The notes beneath the pieces are model-generated. The model saw only the letters and a program-made list of their open reading frames with translations, ran no database searches and was not told where the DNA came from. A DNA stretch of 64,000 nt from Nannocystis bainbridge (lineage in GTDB: Bacteria; Myxococcota_A; Polyangia; Nannocystales; Nannocystaceae), in assembly GCF_028368995.1 (NCBI RefSeq), contig NZ_JAQNDL010000005.1, positions 256,001 to 320,000 on the forward strand, written 5' to 3'. Positions 1-13,579 of the stretch are shown piece by piece; position 1 is the first letter of the stretch, and each line of letters starts with the position of its first letter. A program made the position numbers and the translations under genes.

Positions 1-221
1 AGCGCCGCCCAGGACACCGCCGTATCGCCTGATAGCAGCCGATGACGGCGCGACTCGCCAGCCACGGGCTCGCACGTGAACCTGAACGGAGCGGTCACGC
101 CGCGACTCTAGCACGCACCGCCAGCCTGACCGATCGGACAGGCGCTGCGCGACGACCGGACGCGCCGCGCTGCGGCATCAGAAAGTTCGGAGCGCGCCTC
201 TGCGGCGTGTATGCTTCACGA

Positions 222-1049
222 ATGCGAACCCGGCACTTCGGCGCGACCGACCCTGGTTTGCGGCGGGAGCACAACGAGGACGCCTTCCTCGCCGACGAGC
301 AGCTCGGGCTCTTCATCGTCTGCGACGGCGTCGGCGGGCGGGCCTTCGGCGAGGTCGCGGCCCAGGAGACCGTCGAAATCATCTGGGAGTGGGTCAAGCG
401 CGACGCCGCCACGGTCGCCGTCGCCACCGACGAGGTCCGGGTCGCGCGGCGCATGGTCGTGCACGCGCGGCCGCTGCCCGGCCCGCAGGTGTGGCTCTCG
501 CCCGCCTCCGTCGCCCGGCTCGGCGCGCTGATCCGCGGCGCGTTGCAGAACGCCTGCTACCTGGTCCACGGCATGGCCGAGGTCGACGCCAACTACTCGG
601 GCATGAGCACCACCGCCTCCGTCGTGCTCATCGCCGGCGAGCTGGCGATCGTCGGCCAGGTCGGCGACTCGCGCGTCTACCTCGCGCGCGGCGACGACGT
701 CCGCCAGCTCACCGAGGATCACACCCTGCTCAACATGCAGGTCAAGCAGGGCCTCGTCAGCCCCGAGCAGGCGCGCGGGCGCAAGAGCCAGATCACCCGC
801 GCGATCGGCCTCCACGACTTCGTCGAGGTCGACATCCTGGCCTTCCCGCTGCAGATCGGCGACCGCCTGCTGCTGTGCTCCGACGGCCTCCACGAGTACC
901 TCGACAGCGCCGACACCTTGACCGATCTGTTCCAGCGCGACGCCCGCGACGCCGCCCCGGCCGCCATCGCCCACGCCAACACGTGCGGCGGCAAGGACAA
1001 CATCACCGCCCTGTTCGTCGAGATCCTGGACAGCGCCCGCGGCCCCTGA
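222..1049 (+). CDS. PP2C/PPM-family Ser/Thr protein phosphatase
   Basis: Motifs TDPGLRREHNED, IVCDGVGG, GDSRVY, LLCSDGL and GGKDNIT; start moved to ATG 222. Confidence 0.93.
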   Translation: MRTRHFGATDPGLRREHNEDAFLADEQLGLFIVCDGVGGRAFGEVAAQETVEIIWEWVKRDAATVAVATDEVRVARRMVVHARPLPGPQVWLSPASVARLGALIRGALQNACYLVHGMAEVDANYSGMSTTASVVLIAGELAIVGQVGDSRVYLARGDDVRQLTEDHTLLNMQVKQGLVSPEQARGRKSQITRAIGLHDFVEVDILAFPLQIGDRLLLCSDGLHEYLDSADTLTDLFQRDARDAAPAAIAHANTCGGKDNITALFVEILDSARGP

Positions 1050-1337
1050 CCGCCCGCGTGAAGAGGTCGTCGACCCGCAAGCACCGCACAGCCACGGTCG
1101 AGGTCGCTCTGGAACCGACCTGTCCCTTCCGCCAGCCCCACGCCCGCGCCGAACGAGGGTCCGCGCGCGCCCGGGCCGAATCGCCTCGCTCGGCAATGTA
1201 CACACCTGTCCCACAGGACACATGATCCTCGCGCGGCCGCGCGCCACCGCCGAGCCCGGCCCGTCCTCCGCCGCCGCCGTGTGCAGCCGTTTACGCGTCT
1301 TCTCAGCGCCCGCGGATGCGGCTGAAATGACCGGACT

Positions 1338-3062
1338 ATGCGCCTCGCCGCCCCTGCCTCCGCCCTGGCCTTGCTCGGACTCGTCCTCCTGCCCGCGTGC
1401 GGCGACGACCAGCCGGCGACGACCGAGAGCACCAGCGACACCGCCGGCACCAGCGAGACGACCACCGAAGACGCGACCGCGACCGCGCCGACCACTGAAG
1501 GGCCGACCTCGACCACCGTCGCGCCGACTACCACCACCCCCGGCACGACCACCGAGGCGGTGACCAGCACCACCGACGGCACCGCGACGGACGGCACCGA
1601 CACCGACACCACCACCGGTGAGCCCGTCGCGCTGTGCGAGCGGCTCGGCGGCGAGGCCGGCGTCGGCGAGCTCGTCGACGCCGCGCTGGCCGTCGTGCTG
1701 AGCGACGACAAGGTCAACGGCTACTTCCTTAACAGCGACGTCGACGGCGGCAACCTCCGCACCTGTCTGATCAAGCAGCTCGGTCAGGTCGCCGGCTGTC
1801 CCGGCGTCGAGTACGACTGCCTCGACATGAAGACCGCTCATGCCGGCATGGGCATCTCGGCCGCCGACTTCATGGACTTCGCGCTCGACTTCTCGACCGC
1901 GCTCGACACCCACCAGGCCGCCCACCCCGACCTCGGCGACGCCGACAAGACCGCCATCCTCGACGTCCTCGGCGGCCTCGCGCCCGACATCGTCGAGGAC
2001 GCCAGCAACGACGCCACCGTCTACCAGCGCGTCGGTCGCAAGCCGGCGATCGAGACCCTCGTCGGCGCGCCCGGCCAGGCCGGCTCGTTCGTCGACAACG
2101 TCGCCAACGACGCCGTCATCAACGGCTTCTTCGGCGGCACCGACTTCGAGCGCCTCAACACCTGTCTCACGCGCCAGGTCGGCGGCATCGACGGGCCCAC
2201 CAAGTACGGCCTCGAGGTCGACGCCCCTGACGGCGTCGATCCGGGCGTCGGCGTCGGCAACGAGTGTCAGACCATGGCCGTCAGCCACGCCGGCCTGGTC
2301 GACGCCGACGACAACGTCGGCATCGACATCAACGACTTCGGGGCCCTCGTCACCGATCTCGTCACCGCCATGGAGGCCGCCGGCGTCGCCCAGACCGACC
2401 AGGAGGCGATCCTCGCCGTGCTCGGGCCGATGTGCGAGGACATCCTCGCGCCCGAGTTCAAGAACCAGTGCCCCGGCGCCAACAAGGTCGAGACGCTCGA
2501 GGCCGTGAACCTCGCCATGCCGATCCCCGACGACGGCTACGACGGCTCGCTCGCCAGCATGGCCTGCGCGATGTTCGAAGCGCCCGACGACGGCATCAAC
2601 TTCATCGCCGGGGTGGAGGTCAGCATCGCCGCCGATCACACCTACGTCGGCGACCTCATCATCAAGCTCCAGGGCCCCGACGGCACCGTCACCACCATCC
2701 TCAGCCGCCCCGGCCTCGCCGAGCCGCTCGACGGTCAGGGCGCCTGCTGCGGCGACAACTCCAACATCGTCCAGTCGTCGCCGCTGCTGTTCAAGAACGG
2801 CGGGCTCACCGACGCCGAGCTGCTCGGCGCCGGCGTGCCCGACACCAACGACGTCGTGTGCGTCGACGAGCCCCAGCCCATCACCTGCGAGTTCCACCCC
2901 AACCCCGGCGCCGGCCCCGGCATGGACCTCGACGATTTCCTCGGCCTGGCCGCGAAGGGCTCGTGGCGCGTGTGTGTGGGCGACGCCGGCGGCGGGGACA
3001 CGGGCACCCTGCACGGCGTCACCCTCGTGATCGAGAAGGTCAAGTTCGACCCGACGCCCTGA
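1338..3062 (+). CDS. Lipoprotein with two group I truncated haemoglobin domains and a C-terminal proprotein-convertase P-domain
   Basis: Lipobox LPAC and Thr-rich linker; LCERLGG...MKTAHAGMGIS and VYQRVGRK...MAVSHAGL globin signatures; HTYVGDLIIKLQGPDGT...GSWRVCVGD P-domain pattern. Confidence 0.82.
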   Translation: MRLAAPASALALLGLVLLPACGDDQPATTESTSDTAGTSETTTEDATATAPTTEGPTSTTVAPTTTTPGTTTEAVTSTTDGTATDGTDTDTTTGEPVALCERLGGEAGVGELVDAALAVVLSDDKVNGYFLNSDVDGGNLRTCLIKQLGQVAGCPGVEYDCLDMKTAHAGMGISAADFMDFALDFSTALDTHQAAHPDLGDADKTAILDVLGGLAPDIVEDASNDATVYQRVGRKPAIETLVGAPGQAGSFVDNVANDAVINGFFGGTDFERLNTCLTRQVGGIDGPTKYGLEVDAPDGVDPGVGVGNECQTMAVSHAGLVDADDNVGIDINDFGALVTDLVTAMEAAGVAQTDQEAILAVLGPMCEDILAPEFKNQCPGANKVETLEAVNLAMPIPDDGYDGSLASMACAMFEAPDDGINFIAGVEVSIAADHTYVGDLIIKLQGPDGTVTTILSRPGLAEPLDGQGACCGDNSNIVQSSPLLFKNGGLTDAELLGAGVPDTNDVVCVDEPQPITCEFHPNPGAGPGMDLDDFLGLAAKGSWRVCVGDAGGGDTGTLHGVTLVIEKVKFDPTP

Positions 3063-3183
3063 GCCGCGCCACCATGCACGGCGCTGGCGAAGCCGCGCGC
3101 GACCGCTCGCCGCGAACGCCCGCGCTCGCAAAGGCACCGCCCGCGGGCTTGACGACCGCCGCGCAGCCCGCTGTCCTGGGCGA

Positions 3184-4662
3184 ATGATCCCGCTGCGCAC
3201 GCGCCTCGACCTCGCCCCGCTGTTCGTCGCGCTCGGATGGCTGGCGGCCTGCGGCCCGACCAAGGGCGAGACCGAAGCGACCGGCGAGACCACCCAGACC
3301 ACCCAGACCGGCACGACCACCGGCGGCACCACGACGCCGACCACCGGCGAGCCCGTCGCGTGCACCGGCGCGCTGACGCCGTTGATGCAGGCCCACGTCG
3401 AGCCGCCGGCGCCGTCGGGCTACGTGCGCTGCGACGACGGCCTGGTCCACCGGGCCGAGAAGCTCGAGTGCCTGGTGCCCGCGGTCCCCTCGAATTGCCC
3501 GGCCGACGCCTCACCCGGCGAGTGCTTCAGCAATGACGACTGCACCGAGCTGCCCTTCGGGTCCTGTCGCGAGGCGGTCATCCTCGGCGGTCTGGCCGCC
3601 ACCGAGACCGGCGGCACCGGCCCGTCGTGCGCCTGCGAGTACGGCTGCCGCACCGACACCGACTGTCCCGAGGGACAGATCTGCCGCTGCGCCGGCGACG
3701 AGCTCGGCTCGTTCGCCCGCTGCATCGCCGCCGACTGCACCGTCGATGCCGACTGCCCCGGCCAGCTGTGCGCCGTCACCTCGCGCGCATGCTCCGACGG
3801 CCTGATCCGCGCCGCCTGCACCACGCCGCAGGACGAGTGCGCCGGCCCGGCCGACTGCGGCGGCAACCTGTGCGTGCTCAAGGACAGCCGGTGGGCCTGC
3901 AACAACGTCGACTGCGGCCGCCCCTTCATCGTCGACGCCGAGCGGGTGCAGGCGCCGGCGATCGGGCGTGACGACTGGCGCGGCCTGGTCGCCGCCCCCA
4001 CGGCCGCTCCGGCCCTGCGCGCCCGCCTGCGCGACCACTGGACCGCGATCGCCCTGGCCGAGCACGCGTCGATCGCCTCGTTCGCGGCGTTCGTGCTGCA
4101 GCTGCTGGCCGTGGGCGCCCCGCCGGCGCTGGTGAGCGACGCCCAGCGCGCGCTGGCCGACGAGATCGAGCACGCGCGGATCGCCTTCGCGCTGGCCAGC
4201 CTGTACGAAGGGACAGGTATCGGCCCGGGCCCGCTGGCGATCGGTCGGCCTCGCCTCGCGGGCGACGTCGACGCGGTGGTCGCCGCCGTGATCGCCGAGG
4301 CGTGCGTCGCCGAGACGCTCGCCGGGCTCGAGCTGCGCGAGGCCGCGGCCCACGCCGTGGACCCGGCCCTGGCCCGCACGCTGGCGCGGATCGCCGCCGA
4401 CGAGGCGCGCCACGCCGAGCTCGGCTGGCGCTTCGTCCAGTGGGCCCTCGCCGAGGCCGGCGCCGATCGTCAGCGCGCCGAAGCCTGCTTCGCCGCGGCC
4501 GTGGCCGACGCAGAGTCTGTTCTTCAGGACATGTCCCAAAGCCCAGGCTCTCCCGAGCTCCGCGGTCACGGCGTCGTCGACCCCCCGCTGCGCGCCGCGG
4601 TGTGGCGCCGCGGACTCGCCGACCTGGTGCGGCCGACGGCCGCGAGGCTGTGCGCGGCCTGA
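3184..4662 (+). CDS. Cys-rich lipoprotein with C-terminal ferritin-like domain
   Basis: Lipobox LAAC, repeated CxxDxDC units, then CGRPF and EHASIASF / DEIEHA / DEARHA di-iron-type ExxH motifs. Confidence 0.82.
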   Translation: MIPLRTRLDLAPLFVALGWLAACGPTKGETEATGETTQTTQTGTTTGGTTTPTTGEPVACTGALTPLMQAHVEPPAPSGYVRCDDGLVHRAEKLECLVPAVPSNCPADASPGECFSNDDCTELPFGSCREAVILGGLAATETGGTGPSCACEYGCRTDTDCPEGQICRCAGDELGSFARCIAADCTVDADCPGQLCAVTSRACSDGLIRAACTTPQDECAGPADCGGNLCVLKDSRWACNNVDCGRPFIVDAERVQAPAIGRDDWRGLVAAPTAAPALRARLRDHWTAIALAEHASIASFAAFVLQLLAVGAPPALVSDAQRALADEIEHARIAFALASLYEGTGIGPGPLAIGRPRLAGDVDAVVAAVIAEACVAETLAGLELREAAAHAVDPALARTLARIAADEARHAELGWRFVQWALAEAGADRQRAEACFAAAVADAESVLQDMSQSPGSPELRGHGVVDPPLRAAVWRRGLADLVRPTAARLCAA

Positions 4663-4697
4663 CCGGCGCCGACCGAATTGGCCCGCCCGGAACAGCC

Positions 4698-5222
4698 ATG
4701 AAGAAGCGCATCGATCCGCGGCAGCTGCAGGCCCACGCGCAGCGCGGCAGCCCGCGGATGCCCGAGCCGGTCGCCGCCTATCGCCGCAGCTCGCGGCGGG
4801 GCGACGGCGGCGACGACCCGTTCCCGCACGGCCGTTACTGCCTCGGCTTCGAGCTCCCGCGCGCCAGCGATGCCTGCGAGATGCGGGTCCGCGACCTGTA
4901 CCGCGCGCTCGTCCCCTGGCTCGCCCACGAGCTCGTCGAGCGGCCGCAGCCGTGGATCGATCTTCTCGCGCTCGTCGACGAGCTGGTGCGCCGCGAGGAC
5001 GACTGGTACGCCTGGGCCGCCCCGTGGCCGCTGGCCGACCTGCGTCGCGTCGTCGACGACGTCGCCGTCCTCATGACCGAGCAGCCGGGCCCGTGGGCGC
5101 GTCACCGGCTCGGCGACATCGACGAACCGCACCTCGCTCGCAAGTTCACCGACTTGCAGCGGGACCTCGCCGCGCACGCCTCCGACGTCTCCGAAGTCCT
5201 GGTCAACGTCCACTGGTGGTAA
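4698..5222 (+). CDS. Hypothetical protein
   Basis: ATG at 4698, host-like codon usage, fills the gap between two genes. Confidence 0.6.
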   Translation: MKKRIDPRQLQAHAQRGSPRMPEPVAAYRRSSRRGDGGDDPFPHGRYCLGFELPRASDACEMRVRDLYRALVPWLAHELVERPQPWIDLLALVDELVRREDDWYAWAAPWPLADLRRVVDDVAVLMTEQPGPWARHRLGDIDEPHLARKFTDLQRDLAAHASDVSEVLVNVHWW

Positions 5223-5339
5223 GCAGCTCCGGTGCGCCCGGAGTGATCGGCTCGACGTGAGCCCGCGGATCGCTGCAGCGCGCGGCGCACCCGTTGGTCG
5301 GCGCCGCGAGAAGGTGCGACCATCGCCGCGAGGGAGGGC

Positions 5340-8762
<3,423 letters not shown>

Positions 8763-8927
8763 CGGGCGGGCCCTCCCGTACATCCAGCGCCCGTTCCAGG
8801 GCCATCTCACCGGAGCGGCAGCGCTCGCCGCCGATCCTTCCCCACTCATCGGCGACGTGATCGCCACGCTCATCGGCAGCTTCGATGCCGTCCCGATCCC
8901 CGACATCGACGACAATCACCGAGGCCC

Positions 8928-9632
8928 ATGTTCGCACCCCGCCCGCTCGTCGTCGCCGCCCTCGCCCTGGTCACCTGCGCCGATCGTCCGCTCGGCGCCA
9001 CCGAGACCGGCACCTCGGATGCCACCACCACCACCACCACCTCGGGCACCACGATCGAGCCGACCACCGCCGTCCCGCCGCTTCCGTCCACGACCACCAG
9101 CGACGACTCCGCCGGCACCACCCTCGATCCGAACATCAAGCTCGACCTGCTCGAGCCCAGGCCCGGCCTCATTGGCTGCAGCCTCGACGCTCCGGCCGGC
9201 ACAGCGCTCGAAGGCGCCACCGATCTGGGTCCTTTCATGGCCCAGCGCGCCTATTTCGGGTGGAGCCACTTCGACAACCACCGCTACGAGCCGCAGCTCT
9301 TGTTCGTCTCGCCCGGGGCCGACCCCGCGGTCGAAGTCCTGCATAGCCATGGCAACACCGGCGCCATCCTCTACGGCAACGTCAGCACCGACCCCTTCGA
9401 CGGGGGCGGCTGGGTCGGCGAGTGGTCGGGACAGCTCGACGTCTTCGACCAGGGCCAGCTGAGCGCGGCCATGGGACCGCAGACCGTCATCATCGACGCG
9501 CTCGCCGGCAACTGGGACGAGTTCGATCCCGCCGACCCGCCGCGGCTCGTGGGCAGCATCCAGGGTCCCATCAGCGGCCCCTTCGACGCCGTGTTCTGCG
9601 ACGAGCTCAACGTGCAGATCACCACCGATTAA
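8928..9632 (+). CDS. Putative lipoprotein with Thr-rich linker
   Basis: Signal peptide ending LVTC, followed by a poly-Thr run. Confidence 0.75.
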   Translation: MFAPRPLVVAALALVTCADRPLGATETGTSDATTTTTTSGTTIEPTTAVPPLPSTTTSDDSAGTTLDPNIKLDLLEPRPGLIGCSLDAPAGTALEGATDLGPFMAQRAYFGWSHFDNHRYEPQLLFVSPGADPAVEVLHSHGNTGAILYGNVSTDPFDGGGWVGEWSGQLDVFDQGQLSAAMGPQTVIIDALAGNWDEFDPADPPRLVGSIQGPISGPFDAVFCDELNVQITTD

Positions 9633-9739
9633 TCGATCGGGATCGCAGCGCCGGTCCGCGTCCTGACATGACCTGTCCCTCGGGACATGCGCTCCCGCCC
9701 TTCGGACGATCGGCTCGCGCTCTGCTACCCTCCCCTCCC

Positions 9740-10825
9740 TTGGCGACCGCCGACGATCCCCCGGCCTCCGCCCGCGCCTGGCTCGCGTGCCTCGGCCTCC
9801 TCGCCCTTGCGATCGCCGCCTCGTTCTATTTTTACGGCCTCGGCACCGGCGGCGGCTTTTATCACCGCATCGCCCTCGCCCCGCTCGCGCCCGCCGAGCA
9901 CGCCCCTTACTACCGCGAGTCGCTGCTGCACGTCGGCCTCGCCCATCTGCTCGGCCTCACCGGCAGCGTCGAATGGTTTCGCCTGTTCGTCCTCTGCGGC
10001 TTCTGGCTCGGCCTCGCCCGCCTCCTCGCCGTCGCCGCGCGCCGCCTCGCTCTCGCCGACCTCGTCCTCGTCCTCGCCGTCGCCGTCGCTCATCCCACCG
10101 CGATGATCGCCCACGCCTGGACCTGCCATCCCGACGCCTTCACCTACCTCCTCGCCCTCCTCCTGCTGTTCGCGCGCAGCCCCGCCGCCGCCTTCGTGCT
10201 CGGCTTCCTCGGCGCCTGGAACCACCTGCCGATGTGGCTCCTCCTCTGCGCCGACGCCATCGTCCTGTGGTTCACCTTCGCCGAGCCGCGCGCGCGTCCG
10301 CGGGCCCTCGCGCTCGCGCTCGGTTGCATCCTCGGCGCCGTCACCATCAAGCTCGCTCTCCACCTCGCCGGCGTCACCCTCGCCGAGGACCGCTTCGCCG
10401 CCGCCGCTCGTCATCCGCTGCCGGTCCTCGTCGGCTACTGGACCGACGCCGGCTGGCCCATCGTCTACACCCTGCATTTCGCCCACCTCGTGTGGCTGCC
10501 CGCGCTGCTGCTCGCCCTGCGCCGCCTCGCCCCGTGGGCCGCTCTCGGCTTGCTCGTCACCCAGGCGCTCGCTCTCGGCGCCACCTTCTTCACCGAGGAC
10601 ACCACGCGGGTGTTCGCCTGCCTCGCCGGCCCGCCGCTGCTCTACGCCCTCGTGCGCGCGCTCGAGCTCCGCCCCCTGCCTCGCGCATCGTTCCTGCGCC
10701 CGCTCGTGCTCGCCGGCGTCCTCGTCACCCTCGTCGCGCCCAAGTTCTTCGCCTGGAAGGGTCGCCTCCACGACCTCGAGCCAGCCCGCGCCCACCTGCG
10801 CAGCTTGCTCGCGTCGAAGCCCTGA
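9740..10825 (+). CDS. Polytopic membrane protein (possibly GT-C-like); start uncertain
   Basis: About 9-10 hydrophobic segments; TTG at 9740 chosen because the ORF-track extension overlaps the upstream gene. Confidence 0.7.
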   Translation: MATADDPPASARAWLACLGLLALAIAASFYFYGLGTGGGFYHRIALAPLAPAEHAPYYRESLLHVGLAHLLGLTGSVEWFRLFVLCGFWLGLARLLAVAARRLALADLVLVLAVAVAHPTAMIAHAWTCHPDAFTYLLALLLLFARSPAAAFVLGFLGAWNHLPMWLLLCADAIVLWFTFAEPRARPRALALALGCILGAVTIKLALHLAGVTLAEDRFAAAARHPLPVLVGYWTDAGWPIVYTLHFAHLVWLPALLLALRRLAPWAALGLLVTQALALGATFFTEDTTRVFACLAGPPLLYALVRALELRPLPRASFLRPLVLAGVLVTLVAPKFFAWKGRLHDLEPARAHLRSLLASKP

Positions 10826-10890
10826 CATTCGTCGCCTGCGCCGAACCTCGGCTGCAATTCATGAGCGCCGTCGCCTCCACGACCTCTGCT

Positions 10891-11000
10891 CCGCCGCGCT
10901 CGTCGTGAACGCCAGCCGTAGCGACTCGTGCGCGCCGTGATCACGCCGCCGCGCTCGTCGTGATCGCCGGCGCCAGCCATAGCGACCCGTCCGCGCCCCG
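10891..11000. repeat. Degenerate ~55-bp tandem duplication
   Basis: CGCCGCGCTCGTCGTGA...CGCCAGCCRTAGCGAC occurs twice in tandem. Confidence 0.65.
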
Positions 11001-11311
11001 CGATCGCGCCGCCCTACTCGTCGGCTGCGGCTTCCCGGACCCAACCCCTTCTTCGCGACCGCGCGCCGACGACCTCTAACAATTTTTTTCACGCCCCCGG
11101 GAAGATGCCGCCTGCCCGGCGTTGACCCGGCGAACCAGGACGCCGCCCCGCCGACCGCCGTGTCGCCAGCCGGCCGACCCTTGCGCGCTCGCACAGCAGC
11201 GCCGCGTACGACCTCGACCCGCGCCTGTGCGCGGCGTTCGGCGGCCGCCGGGGAACGTGTCCCTTTCACCATGTCCCATACAACATGTCCAAAAGACCAC
11301 GAGCTATCGTC

Positions 11312-13117
11312 ATGAACCAGCGCATCCTCATCCCCGCCGCCGTCCTCCTCGCCTTCCCCCTCGCCTGTGACGACCCCGACGACCTCCAGGCCGACGAGGC
11401 CCTCGAGATCGACAGCGGCGACGACGAGCCCGGCGTCGGCGCCACCGACGGCTTCGACCTCACCACCGCCCTCGAGCCGCAGACCATCGTCGGCGGCGGT
11501 CCGGCCAGCGAGGGCGAGTATCCCTTCATGGTCTCGGTCCAGACCTCCGGCGGCAGTCATTTCTGCGGCGGCAGCCTGGTCGCCCCGCAATGGGTCCTCA
11601 CCGCCGCCCACTGCGTCAACGGCACCAGCCCCGCCAGCATCCGCACCGTCATCGGCCGCACCGACCTCGCCTCCGCCTCCGGCGAGATCCGCAACGTCGT
11701 CCAGATCGTCGTCCACCCGCGCTACAACACCGAGGCCGGCGACCTCGACAACGACCTCGCGCTGCTGGTCCTGTCGTCGCCTTCGACGCGCACCCCGATC
11801 GAGCTGGCCGCCCCGCACTCCGGCAGCGACCGCGCCTCGTGGATGCCGAACGTCCTGGCCACCGTGATCGGCTGGGGCGCGCTGTGGGAGGGCGGGCCCG
11901 GCACCAATCACCTGCAGGAGGTCCAGGTACCCGTGCTGACCGACACCTACGCCGCCCAGCCCAGCGTCTACGGCGGCCGCTACAACCCCGCGGTCCACGT
12001 CGCCGCCGCGCCGACCCTCGGCGGCCAGGACTCCTGTCAGGGCGACAGCGGCGGCCCGCTCCTGGCCTGGACCGCCACCGGCCTGCAGCAGTTCGGCGTC
12101 GTCAGCTGGGGCGATGGTTGCGCCCGCCGCGACAAGCCCGGCATCTACACCAAGATCTCCAGCCAGCGCCTGCACCGGTGGTTGCGCTCCGTCATCCACG
12201 AGACGCCCGCCGTCGGCGACTTCAACGGCGACGGCCGCGACGACATCCTCACCTTCACCCACGGCGACTCGGTCGGCGGCCCGCTCGACGTCTACGTCGC
12301 CCTCTCCAACGGCAGCAGCTTCGGCGCCGGCCAGCTATGGCACGACTGGTGGGCCCACCGCGGCCACGTCGGCGCCGTCGGCGACTTCAACGGCGACGGC
12401 CGCGACGACATCTGGGCCTTCAGCGACAGCCAGGTGTGGGTCGGTCTGTCGCGCGGCTACGACTTCAACGGCACCGTCTACACCAGCAGCGCCGGCACCA
12501 CCGACCCTGACGACATCGGCCGCGTCGCCGACGTCAACGGCGACGGCCGCGACGACGCCGTCCTGTTCGCCGCCGACGGCACCGGCGACGTCCACGTCAT
12601 GCTGTCGACCGGCTCGGGCTTCGGCGCCAGGACCAAATGGCACGAGTACTTCGCCCCCGAGGGCGAGACGCCGATGCTCGCCGACTTCAACGGCGACGGC
12701 CGGGCCGACCTCGTCACCTTCACCCAGAGCATGAACGGCGCCCAGGCCGTCGTCGCCCTCTCCAACGGCTCGAGCTTCGGCGCCGCCGCGGTGTGGAACA
12801 GCTGGTTCGCCCCCGCCGGCGAGGTGCCCGCGGTCGGCTACTTCAACACCGACGCCCGCGCCGACATCGCCGTCTTCGACCGCAACTACGGCGCCTACGT
12901 CGGCCTCTCCAACGGCGCGAACAACTTCGCCTCGGCCCTGTGGACCTCGTCCTTCGGCGACTGGAACGACACCCTCACCACCGGCGACGTCAACGGCGAC
13001 GGCCGCGACGACCTCATCGCCTTCACGCAGGACCAGAACGCCGACGTGTGGGTCGCCCTCTCCAACGGCGCCGGCTTCGGCGCCTCGTACATCGCCCACA
13101 ACTACTTCGCGCCGTAA
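11312..13117 (+). CDS. Trypsin-family (S1) serine protease lipoprotein with FG-GAP/VCBS repeats
   Basis: IVGG, LTAAHC, DLALL and GDSGGP triad motifs; repeated GDFNGDGRDD; lipobox PLAC. Confidence 0.95.
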   Translation: MNQRILIPAAVLLAFPLACDDPDDLQADEALEIDSGDDEPGVGATDGFDLTTALEPQTIVGGGPASEGEYPFMVSVQTSGGSHFCGGSLVAPQWVLTAAHCVNGTSPASIRTVIGRTDLASASGEIRNVVQIVVHPRYNTEAGDLDNDLALLVLSSPSTRTPIELAAPHSGSDRASWMPNVLATVIGWGALWEGGPGTNHLQEVQVPVLTDTYAAQPSVYGGRYNPAVHVAAAPTLGGQDSCQGDSGGPLLAWTATGLQQFGVVSWGDGCARRDKPGIYTKISSQRLHRWLRSVIHETPAVGDFNGDGRDDILTFTHGDSVGGPLDVYVALSNGSSFGAGQLWHDWWAHRGHVGAVGDFNGDGRDDIWAFSDSQVWVGLSRGYDFNGTVYTSSAGTTDPDDIGRVADVNGDGRDDAVLFAADGTGDVHVMLSTGSGFGARTKWHEYFAPEGETPMLADFNGDGRADLVTFTQSMNGAQAVVALSNGSSFGAAAVWNSWFAPAGEVPAVGYFNTDARADIAVFDRNYGAYVGLSNGANNFASALWTSSFGDWNDTLTTGDVNGDGRDDLIAFTQDQNADVWVALSNGAGFGASYIAHNYFAP

Positions 13118-13579
13118 ATCACGAAGGCCTCGCACCGCATGAGGCCAGCAACGAGGGCCCGCGTCGCGCGACGCGGGCCCGCGCGCGTGAGCGCCGTCGT
13201 GCCGCACTGCATCACCACGACGAGCCGCCCCGCATCACCGCGACGCGGGTAATTCGTGCTCACGCCACCTCACCCTGACGACCCCGTCGCACCGCCTCAA
13301 CGTGGCGATCCGCGTCGCCCCGACGCCAGCCCCGCGACCTCACGCGGCCCCGCGCAGCTTGCGAGGACCCGGCTCGCGGACAGCTGTCAACGACCTGTCC
13401 CATCGACCACAATCTCACCCACAGGCGCCCCATTTGCCGCCATCTCCGCCTCCCGCGAGCGCGGCCCTGCGCCCGTCGCAAGGGCGCGTGACGCCCTCGC
13501 GCGCGCACGGACGACTGCCCCCTGCGACCTGGACGCATGGCGGCGAGCCCGCGAGGCGGTCCTCGGCTACAAGCGAAGC

